This document shows, in pieces, positions 7,997 through 15,910 of a stretch of 26,196 nucleotides of DNA. The translations under genes were made by a program, and so were the position numbers. The DNA comes from an uncultured Methanosarcinales archaeon (lineage in GTDB: Archaea > Nanobdellota > Nanobdellia > Woesearchaeales > CAYGWL01): contig CAYGWL010000155.1 of assembly GCA_964353575.1 (NCBI GenBank), positions 1 through 26,196 on the forward strand, written 5' to 3'. A model generated the notes under the pieces. It saw only the letters and a list, made by a program, of their open reading frames with translations. It ran no database searches and was not told the DNA's origin. The number at the start of each line of letters is the position of its first letter. Position 1 is the first letter of the stretch.

Positions 7997-8494
7997 ATGG
8001 AAAGCGTTCTTCCAAAAATAAAGAAAAAGATTTCTAGCTACATAAACAGCGAAACAGGAAGAATAACAAAACAAAGCATAATCACAATAGGAGCATTCAT
8101 AGGAACAGCAGCACTAGCAACACTTGCAACAACAAAAACAGCAAAAGCAGGACTCACAGCAGAACTAAATCCAACAGAAGGAGAAAAAATAAACGTAACA
8201 GGAAAACACGTATCACACGCATCACACCAAGTATCTTGCAATGAAGCATGCGGACAAAGCTGTGGGGAAAATTGTAATCCAATCTGCGAGCAATGCGAAA
8301 CAGGATGTGAGGTATCATGCGAACCGCCCTGTCAGACATTGGAGTGTGGTCAAGGATGTGGCAGTGGAGAGTGCGGAAATTGTGAAAAGGGATGTCAAGA
8401 CTGTCAAACAGCATGTGAGTTAAGCTGTCAACATTGCCAATCTAGTAGTGAACTATGTAGAGAAATACCACACTGTAAAAACGTAACCGGGTGA
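7997..8494 (+). CDS. Putative RiPP precursor: hydrophobic leader + His-Xaa-Ser motif (HVSHASH) + 20-Cys CXXX-repeat tail
   Basis: It lies immediately after two rSAM/SPASM genes. HVSHASH is at 8207-8227 and there are 20 Cys between 8237 and 8476 (11 CX3C and 4 CX2C spacings). The N-region is basic (KIKKK) and is followed by hydrophobic IITIGAFIGTAALATLA. Confidence 0.8.
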   Translation: MESVLPKIKKKISSYINSETGRITKQSIITIGAFIGTAALATLATTKTAKAGLTAELNPTEGEKINVTGKHVSHASHQVSCNEACGQSCGENCNPICEQCETGCEVSCEPPCQTLECGQGCGSGECGNCEKGCQDCQTACELSCQHCQSSSELCREIPHCKNVTG

Positions 8495-8545
8495 ACGTAA
8501 AAAAGGTTTAGGAGTTTATTAAATAATACTAATAATCTTTTAAAA

Positions 8546-9514
8546 ATGAATAATAAAAAAAAAGAATGGGAGAAATGGTTGAATGATTTAAAAGGTAAAG
8601 GTTACTCTAAAGACAACATAAAAAACACTTTAAGAGAGCGAGGCTATAACGAGAGAGAAATAAGTGAAGTATTAAAGCTTGAGGACACAAAACAAAAAAG
8701 AACTATTTATCTGATTCTTTTTATATTTGTATTAGTTGTCAGCGCATTTTTTTTAATTAGCTATATGCAGAAACAAACAACTCCAAGAGTCATCCAAACG
8801 CCTCAGGAAATATTTACAGATGTTATGTTTTCAAACATTACAGCAGACAGAATATCTGTAGAAGAAATAACTTTGTTATTAAAGGAGCTTGAAACTACTT
8901 TCAATACACAATGTTTAGGTGTAAACTCTGTTCCTTCATACACTTGTTTCCCTTTTGTTATCTACAGCTATATTGAAACAAAAAAACAAATAGGCGTGTC
9001 TCAAGAAGATGTCCATACAGAATTGTCTTCTAAAATTCTGAGTCTCTGGAAAGATTACTATAAAAATGCAGAATTCAACAAAGAAGGTTTCATAACTGGA
9101 GAACCATCTTTTGCATTAAATTCTATTGTTCAATATTATTATTTTATAGCGTTAATGCCTGAGTCTGAAAAAGAATTTTGGTTTGAAAAGGTTTCGGAAG
9201 TTTCGCCGACAGATATTAACATGAGGTATCATTTGTTAAAGATCTACTGGGACTGTTTTAATGCTTCCATGCTATCACCAACTACAAATAGTGTGATTAC
9301 CTTAGAAGGGATGGAAAATCTTTGCTATATTAACCGTTCTATAGAGAAAGATTGGAGTGTTTGCAGAGTTCTTAAGTATCTTCAAATAAAAGAATTCTGT
9401 GAAATAGAGGTCACAAGTCAAGAAATAAGCCTTGCTCAGCAGAAATTGGAAATAGAAACACAAGACAGAACTTTACAAATCTGCAAAGAGCAACTACAAA
9501 AAAGAATTTCTTAA
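8546..9514 (+). CDS. Single-pass membrane protein with Cys-conserved extracellular domain (paralog A2)
   Basis: Full-length paralog of 3..944 with six aligned Cys and TM IYLILFIFVLVVSAFFLISYM. A TATA-like GTTTATTAAATA lies about 21-32 nt upstream of the ATG. Confidence 0.88.
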   Translation: MNNKKKEWEKWLNDLKGKGYSKDNIKNTLRERGYNEREISEVLKLEDTKQKRTIYLILFIFVLVVSAFFLISYMQKQTTPRVIQTPQEIFTDVMFSNITADRISVEEITLLLKELETTFNTQCLGVNSVPSYTCFPFVIYSYIETKKQIGVSQEDVHTELSSKILSLWKDYYKNAEFNKEGFITGEPSFALNSIVQYYYFIALMPESEKEFWFEKVSEVSPTDINMRYHLLKIYWDCFNASMLSPTTNSVITLEGMENLCYINRSIEKDWSVCRVLKYLQIKEFCEIEVTSQEISLAQQKLEIETQDRTLQICKEQLQKRIS

Positions 9515-9523
9515 ACATTTGGA

Positions 9524-10633
9524 TTAGTTCTTAGGAGACCAATCAAGTTGACCATTGTACACGATAGCCTTGTCTAAAATCTTTGTAAGACCGCTGCCAT
9601 CAGCATCCATAGTATAAATATCAAGACCAGAAGTGAAAATTATATTTCTGCCGTCAGGAGACCAAGAAATACCTGTCTCCTGCAGGTTGTTATTTGTTAG
9701 TCTTTGTTGTTCACTGCCATCAGCATGCATAACGTAAAGTTCATCACTACCATCCCTAGTAGACATGAAAGCAAGATACTTACCATCAGGAGACCAAACA
9801 GGACTCCAGTCAAGTGCATCATTATTGGTTAGTTGAGCTAAATCGCTGCCGTCGCTGGCATTCATAGTATAAATCTCTAAGTGGTTATTGCGTAAGGAAA
9901 CGAAGGCAATACAGCTACCATCAGGAGACCAAACAGGACGACTACCGTCAGGCCAAGCTTCTTCAGTTAGTCTTACCAGACCACTGCCATCCTTATTCAT
10001 AACATACACATCATCACTGCTATTTTGGTCAGAAACAAAAGCAATTTTTTTACCATCAGGAGACCAAGAATGACTTCGGTCAAATCCGGCATCATCAGTT
10101 AATCTATGTTGATTACCACCATTCGCATCCATAACATAAATTTCTCCGCTACCATTCCTATTAGACGTGAAAGCAATATACTTACCATCAGGAGACCAAG
10201 AAGGACTATAATCCTGCCAGGGACTTTCAGTAAGTCTAGTAATATCACTGCCATCGTCATTCATAGCATAAACATCTTCATTACCTCCTTTTAAAGAAGT
10301 AAAAGCTATTTTTCTGCCATCAGGAGACCAAGAAGGATCATATTCTGGTTTTAGTGTATTAGTCAATCTAACAAAATCGCCACCATCAGCATTCGTAACA
10401 TAAATCTCAGGATTGCCATCTCTCATAGAAGCAAAAGCAATGCGGCCAGCAGAACTCTCCTGCGCAATACTCTCTAAAGCAGAAAACTCTTCAGATGAGT
10501 CAGCATGTGCTGCAGGAGCAGGTTCATATGGTTGATGATTAAAAGGTGAAGCAACTGCCGGCAAAGCCATAGTTCCCAGAACTAAACCGGTTGCTACTGC
10601 TCTCCTCACTTTTTGACTAAGACTAAGACTCAT
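9524..10633 (-). CDS. Secreted TolB-like/PD40 (WD40-like) beta-propeller protein
   Basis: Start moved to the ATG at 10633 (MSLSLSQKVRRA), about 23 nt below a TATA. It has a signal peptide (...LPAVAS), six WSPDG repeats and a terminal WSPKN. The DNA repeat (a/g)cc(a/g)tcaggagacca recurs every 132-135 bp or so. Confidence 0.9.
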   Translation of the reverse strand: MSLSLSQKVRRAVATGLVLGTMALPAVASPFNHQPYEPAPAAHADSSEEFSALESIAQESSAGRIAFASMRDGNPEIYVTNADGGDFVRLTNTLKPEYDPSWSPDGRKIAFTSLKGGNEDVYAMNDDGSDITRLTESPWQDYSPSWSPDGKYIAFTSNRNGSGEIYVMDANGGNQHRLTDDAGFDRSHSWSPDGKKIAFVSDQNSSDDVYVMNKDGSGLVRLTEEAWPDGSRPVWSPDGSCIAFVSLRNNHLEIYTMNASDGSDLAQLTNNDALDWSPVWSPDGKYLAFMSTRDGSDELYVMHADGSEQQRLTNNNLQETGISWSPDGRNIIFTSGLDIYTMDADGSGLTKILDKAIVYNGQLDWSPKN

Positions 10634-10655
10634 GTACAATTGAAAAAACACACTC

Positions 10656-10700
10656 ATATATAAACCTTTCGGTTTCGTTACTACATAAGTGTGACAAAAA
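10656..10700 (-). promoter_or_regulatory. BRE/TATA promoter plus conserved upstream block, copy 2 of a 45-bp repeat
   Basis: 41/45 identical to 2106..2150, exactly 8550 bp apart. Confidence 0.85.
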
Positions 10701-10740
10701 GTTTTGGTTCAAAGAATCAGCCTTGTGCTATTTCGTCTTT

Positions 10741-12273
10741 CTAAGTCCTTTGCTTTGACTGGTTTGACAGTGCCCTGAACTGCATTTCAGATATTGGCAC
10801 AGGGTATACCTGCTGCGCCTTCCATAACTGGCTTTTTGCAAAGGCAGAAACCATGGCTACGGAGGGTACGCTACAATAAATTGGGTCAGGTACAGTACAC
10901 CCTGCAGGCACATATGTTGTGTCTTCCAAAAGCTGGATATTAACAATGGCGTCGTTTATTGCTCCGCTTACTGTAAGTGGCATCACTCTCTTTGGCTCGC
11001 CATCTTTTATAACATATGCTTCACTACAATCTAGCCTGTAAGTTTTATCTTCAGGGTCTGTATGCCCTGCTACGGAAGCTATCACAATCTTTCCTTCCAT
11101 ATCAATATCTTGTGCTGAACCATCCAGAACTATGCAGCTCATCCTAGGCCGCGGGAATATTCCAGAGCCCAGGACAGCATTTCCTACAAATGTGCTTTTT
11201 TCCAGATTCAGGTAGCGCTTTAACCCTTCAGAGTCTGCGTACTCACTTCCCAGGAATCCGACAATCCTGGCACCTTGTATAAGCACCCTTGGTTCTCTCT
11301 TCCTTCCATAAGCATCAAAATGCGAGAATCCCTGCACCCTGAACCCCTCTATCTCCTGTAAAGGATTGTCTACAAAGGTTATGCCTTTATCCAGTGAGGT
11401 TTTATCATCATAAACTATGTCTTGCCCGTATTCAAATACCCCAATCTGCCCGAAGTCTATTGGTTCTATGGGCTCTTCGAAATGATGTCCAAATATTTCA
11501 TGGATTGGTAGGCCGTCAAGTATAACCACATCGTATAAAGACTGTTTTTTGATTCATGCATCCTTTAAGCTTATGAATTCCAACCCTGAAATATTATACA
11601 ATTCATGGAATGCCTGGCTGAAGGATTTCGCATGTTTAATCCTCTTGTCCGGTGTTGGGTCTTGAATATACTTTATTAAGGCGGGCAATCTTGTGAGGTC
11701 ATCATCTGAATTGCACACAGCAGCAGTATGCCTGATTATTGGCAAGGGTTCATCACTATGAGTATAATAGATTTGAAAAAATGGAATTGATTCAATAGCC
11801 ATCCCTCCCTTTGAGTTTACAACAATTCTTTGTTCAACTTTCAAACGCCTCAAAATTGTTGTATCTCTGTGTTGTGCTGTGAATTCAATAAACTCATCAT
11901 CATACATTGTAAAGGTGTCTGGAATGGTTTCTACGCGAAAATCCTGTTCCCTTGGCAATTCAATGCCTTTCGGCTGAAAATCGAATCTGTGAACTTGTAG
12001 GTCCCTTGTAACCTTTACCCTTCCAAAAATAGATGGAGTCAAATCCGCAACCTCTGCCCGGGTATATTCCCCTCTTTTCATCATCTCCTTATTAATACCG
12101 GACCCAGCCCCTATTTGTTGGTCAACTATCTTACCATTCATAAATTCAACAGAGTCAGAAACGGAATTATTGTATCTGGAGACGGTGCTGCTATGCCTTT
12201 TTATCTCACCGTAAAGCAAATCAGCAATCTGCTCCAGTTCCTGGGCTGTTTTAACTGATTCATGCAGTTCCAT
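10741..12273 (-). pseudogene. tldD: TldD/PmbA-family metalloprotease interrupted by one in-frame TGA (pseudogene, sequence error or readthrough)
   Basis: ORFs 11554..12294 and 10741..11529 are in the same frame: ...SLKDA*IKKQSLYDVVILDGLPIHEIFGHHFE. HExxGHxxE is the TldD zinc motif. The fused length is 510 codons from the ATG at 12273, which lies about 24 nt below a TATA-like GGAAACTTTATAAA. Confidence 0.65.
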
Positions 12274-12376
12274 AAAACAAGAGTGATGCCTCAAGCTTTA
12301 TAAAGTTTCCGAATTTATGACTACTCTAAGATAGTTATTTTAATATGGCGTGTTATAAGAAAACACGGTTAAAATT

Positions 12377-12781
12377 TTAACTGCATTTTATCCCGTTCAC
12401 AGTTGCCTTGGAGCTTCCCAGGCATGCCTTGCTGTCTATGGGTATGAGCCTGCCCATGGAGTCTTCCAGGTAAATGTAGAATTCTTTTTCCACTCCGAGC
12501 TCCTGCTTTATGCTGTCATAACTGAGTTTTGACATGCTTTCAAGTCTTGCCTGGTCTATAATATTTCCATCCAGGAATGCTAATTCGTGGTTTGAGCTTT
12601 CGCTGTCAATGGTGAGCTTTTCAAGAATAGCATTTGTTTCATCTTCTGTCTGCGGAACTAATAGAAGGTTTACGAAGAAAACAAGAAGCACAACGAATAT
12701 GACTATGAAAATCCATTCATCACCAGGGCTGACAGCATTGTGCCTTTTTATGCTCTCCTCTTTTTTTTTCAATCCTATCAC
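12377..12781 (-). CDS. Pilin-like single-TM protein, paralog of 12869..13270, with degenerate class III signal
   Basis: It shares LSYDSIKQELGVEKEFYIYLEDSMG with MSYEDLKRQLGIEGGDFCIHFEDEDG of the upstream gene, has an N-terminal hydrophobic helix, and lacks a clear KAQ motif. Confidence 0.7.
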   Translation of the reverse strand: MIGLKKKEESIKRHNAVSPGDEWIFIVIFVVLLVFFVNLLLVPQTEDETNAILEKLTIDSESSNHELAFLDGNIIDQARLESMSKLSYDSIKQELGVEKEFYIYLEDSMGRLIPIDSKACLGSSKATVNGIKCS

Positions 12782-12868
12782 CTTCTTTTCTGATTCTTAT
12801 TATATTTTTATTATGATTGTTTTCTGTTTTTCTGTGCTTCAGTTTCTACTATTATCCCTTTTATTTAA

Positions 12869-13270
12869 CTACTTTTTGGTTTCATTGCAGGGTGTTCCGC
12901 TTATGTCTATCTTTCCAGAGCCTATGCCAACCTTGTTGCCGCTTATGTAGATTATGTTTCCATCCTCATCCTCAAAGTGTATGCAAAAGTCCCCTCCTTC
13001 TATACCCAGCTGCCTCTTAAGGTCTTCATAGCTCATGTTAGCCAGTTCTGAGAGCTTTTGCGAATCTACTTTGTTTCCCTCTATGAATGCCTGCGAGCTC
13101 TTGTTGCCTGCTGTTGTCAGGCTTTCATGGAGCTTTTCTGCTTCTGATGTCATTGCCTTGAGCTGTTCTGACTGTGATTTTAAGCCGGTTATGTAAAAGA
13201 ATCCCAGGATTATAAGGAAGAACATTATAATAGCAACTATGATGTCCGCTGACCATACCTGGGCTTTCAT
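12869..13270 (-). CDS. Class III signal peptide (type IV pilin-like) protein
   Basis: MKAQVWSADIIVAIIMFFLIIL. The ATG overlaps the upstream stop (ATGA at 13267-13270). Confidence 0.85.
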   Translation of the reverse strand: MKAQVWSADIIVAIIMFFLIILGFFYITGLKSQSEQLKAMTSEAEKLHESLTTAGNKSSQAFIEGNKVDSQKLSELANMSYEDLKRQLGIEGGDFCIHFEDEDGNIIYISGNKVGIGSGKIDISGTPCNETKK

Positions 13271-13698
13271 GGGCACGCCTCCTTGTTCAGGCAGATTACT
13301 CCCTGCTGCTTTGATATGTTGTTTTTCCCTTTATTAATTTTTCCTTCAATGTTTTTTGGAAGTGTCAATACGTGCTCAAACTCCTTTGAGCGGTTAACAT
13401 ATTTTATGCTCAGCTCGCTGAAATTTGTTTTCATTTGGCTTGCTGTTGACAGGTTTATTGAGTATATCTTGTCCCTCAGGTCTTTTGGCAACTCAAAGCT
13501 TCTGAAGTAGCCGTTCTCTGCCATCAAGGCAAGGTCTACCTCGTTTTGTATAACTGCCCCGACATCCTTTATGAGCTCCCTGTCCTTCTGCTCCTGAACA
13601 TCAACATATCTGTCAGAAACAACCAGCAGGAATGATGTGAATATAAGGAACATGAAGCTTATCATCATTGCTGATTCAACTGCTGATTGGGCTTTCAT
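13267..13698 (-). CDS. Class III signal peptide (type IV pilin-like) protein
   Basis: MKAQSAVESAMMISFMFLIF: KA|Q cleavage site, Glu at +5, then a hydrophobic helix. Confidence 0.88.
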   Translation of the reverse strand: MKAQSAVESAMMISFMFLIFTSFLLVVSDRYVDVQEQKDRELIKDVGAVIQNEVDLALMAENGYFRSFELPKDLRDKIYSINLSTASQMKTNFSELSIKYVNRSKEFEHVLTLPKNIEGKINKGKNNISKQQGVICLNKEACP

Positions 13699-13703
13699 CT
13701 TGA

Positions 13704-14162
13704 TTATCTTGTAAAGTTTATGTTAACATAAGATGGTGTTCCTTCCACAGCCGCTACTCTTATTACTTTTGCTCCTGGAGCCCAGTCACGTTTTGAGAAG
13801 CTTCCGTTTATGTTAACCCTTGAAAAAAACACTTGTTCAGATTGCTTTCCTCCGAATCTTGTGTAGAAAACAAGCTCATTAACTTTGGGCTCCACTGCCC
13901 AGTTGTTGAATATTGATATGTTATAAACGCCTTCAGGCATTTGCTCATCAATATCCTGCCTTGATGGATAGCCAAGGTAGTAGATGGTTTCTGCAGAGTC
14001 AACTATGTCGTTTCCCATCTTATCTATCTGCCCTGCTTTTATCCTCTCGCTTGAGCTCTGGGCATACTTGTAGAAGATGTAACTTGCAGGCACTATCAGC
14101 GCCATAACAAGCGCTATGACCATCAGATACTCCATGGCTGCCTGAGCTCTCAACAAATTCAC
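13704..14162 (-). CDS. Class III signal peptide (type IV pilin-like) protein
   Basis: RAQAAMEYLMVIALVMALIV: RA|Q site, Glu at +5. The real start may be the TTG at 14153, after SD GAGGTGA. Confidence 0.88.
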   Translation of the reverse strand: MNLLRAQAAMEYLMVIALVMALIVPASYIFYKYAQSSSERIKAGQIDKMGNDIVDSAETIYYLGYPSRQDIDEQMPEGVYNISIFNNWAVEPKVNELVFYTRFGGKQSEQVFFSRVNINGSFSKRDWAPGAKVIRVAAVEGTPSYVNINFTR

Positions 14163-14315
14163 CTCTTTATGCTTTTAATCATGAATTTGGGAATTCATTA
14201 TTTATATTTTGTGTTTTTAGGGTTTTATTTTGTTTTCATTCTTATTTTTAGCGTTACTAATTTTATTCAGCTGTATTATGTTTTTAGTAAAAAAATCAGA
14301 ATTATAAAAAAAAAT

Positions 14316-14792
14316 TTATTCTATTTGTGCTACAAGAACGCCGGTCATGTTGTGACCCACTGCACCAGTAGTGTCTGCGCGATTCCAGTTTATGGTTATG
14401 TCACTATTTAACTTTCCCTTGCCTGCCCTTGATGCTGGCGGAACTGTTGCGCAGGTGTCTATTATGAATTGCACCTCTTCTCCCTGGAGAATACTTGCTG
14501 TGAAATCCTTTGCGCAGTCAAAAACATTGGATTTAACCGAAATGTGTGTTACTGCTACATCATATTGCCAGTTGTTTTCCAGGGTTATTATGACTTGACC
14601 GACTCCGCTTGAGTCAAGCTTGTAGTCCTTGCACTTGAGCCATGTCTCTCCTGTCTCGCATCTTGAGGGCATGAATGTCTGCGGGTTCAGAACACCGAAA
14701 TATGTTAGTGCTCCTAGAACAACCAGAACAACCAGTATTGCCCAGCCATAGGTCATAAGGAATTCCATGGCTGCTTGTGCTTTTCTTGCCAT
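14316..14792 (-). CDS. Probable major type IV pilin (class III signal peptide)
   Basis: MARKAQAAMEFLMTYGWAILVVLVVLGALTYFGVLNP, a pilin N-terminus widespread in archaea. SD GAGGAGG precedes the ATG at 14792. Confidence 0.9.
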   Translation of the reverse strand: MARKAQAAMEFLMTYGWAILVVLVVLGALTYFGVLNPQTFMPSRCETGETWLKCKDYKLDSSGVGQVIITLENNWQYDVAVTHISVKSNVFDCAKDFTASILQGEEVQFIIDTCATVPPASRAGKGKLNSDITINWNRADTTGAVGHNMTGVLVAQIE

Positions 14793-14872
14793 AATCATCA
14801 TCCTCCTCTTTTTTATGTTTTTAAATACGCTTTTCAGATATTATAGTTTGAGACTATTTAAATTTTTCTCTT

Positions 14873-15910
14873 TTAAAGGAACATGCCTGATATTATCTTT
14901 GTTGCGACCAGCATGAATATCTGGAACATGGTCAGGGAGCCTATTAGGAATAAGGGTACGTATTTTATGCCTGCTTTTATTGAGCCGCGCTGTATCATGG
15001 AGACAATCATGGAGGAGCATATGGCTGTCACTATTATAGCATATCTTGAAAAGTTAAGAAACATCTTTGGGTCAAGTTTTATGCTTGAGAAGTTTATGGG
15101 CATGGCTACTGCTGATTCTGCTGAAACACCTCCGAGTCTTGATGAAAATCCCTGCACTATTAGGAGGAACTGGTGCGACAGGGTGAATAGTAGGGGTGCT
15201 ATGATTATTACAACAAAGGTTATGAATATCACATAAGTCAGGTTTGTTGTTGCCATCTCTGACTTTAGCTCCTTTGTGTCTTCTATGTTCTCAACTATGC
15301 GGTCAATCAGATCAGCTATCTTTCCTCCGCCTTTCATTCCCTCAACAATGAGGTTGAATGAGCGCTTGAGCATTGGCGAGTCATACTTGTCTGTGAATTC
15401 CTGCAGTGCTTCTTCTATGTCTTGCCCTGTCATTACACGTTTTGCAACCAATCTCACTTCATTAGCCAGAACATCAAACTCTGGTCTTATGGCTGACCAC
15501 AGCGCCCTTTCAACAGGCATTCCTCCCCTGAGGTTTTCTGAAACAAATCTTAAGAAGTCCTGCAGCACTGCTTCCATGCGCTGGGTGCGGTTGAATATCC
15601 TCATGTCTATATAGAAGTATATGGCAGATATGAAAACCAAAACTATTAAGCCGAGCGCAAGGGCGAAGAATGCAAAGAATATCATGAATTGCAGGAGGAT
15701 GTTAAAGTCCTTTGCTAAGACCCAGGGATATATTTTCAGGATGAAGAGCGCGGATGTTATGAATACAGCTATCCAGAAAAGTCCTCCAAAGACCTTGTAA
15801 GGCACCTCTGTTATGCCTGCCTTGAGCAGGTAGCTCCTTATGTTTGGCCTTATCCTCCTTGGCAAGAATGCCTTTCCAACTTCCTCTGTCAGAAATTCTA
15901 TTATATTCAT
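14873..15910 (-). CDS. Type II secretion system F-family membrane platform (TadC/FlaJ-like)
   Basis: LQDFLRFVSENLRGGMPVERAL...RPEFDVLANEV...GGKIADLIDRI with multiple TM helices; adjacent to the pilus ATPase. Confidence 0.9.
   Translation of the reverse strand: MNIIEFLTEEVGKAFLPRRIRPNIRSYLLKAGITEVPYKVFGGLFWIAVFITSALFILKIYPWVLAKDFNILLQFMIFFAFFALALGLIVLVFISAIYFYIDMRIFNRTQRMEAVLQDFLRFVSENLRGGMPVERALWSAIRPEFDVLANEVRLVAKRVMTGQDIEEALQEFTDKYDSPMLKRSFNLIVEGMKGGGKIADLIDRIVENIEDTKELKSEMATTNLTYVIFITFVVIIIAPLLFTLSHQFLLIVQGFSSRLGGVSAESAVAMPINFSSIKLDPKMFLNFSRYAIIVTAICSSMIVSMIQRGSIKAGIKYVPLFLIGSLTMFQIFMLVATKIISGMFL

Noticed and set aside
9650-10330. Regularly spaced 15-bp DNA repeats (accatcaggagacca) resembling a CRISPR array
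   Set aside because: The period is about 132-135 bp and in frame. The repeats encode the WSPDG motif of PD40 blades, and there are no cas genes.
11554-11556. Selenocysteine or genetic-code-25 (UGA=Gly) recoding of the TldD TGA
   Set aside because: TGA is a genuine stop elsewhere in the window (961, 7920, 8494, 13267 in an ATGA overlap, 16895). The position is not a known catalytic Cys, and I saw no SECIS-like element.
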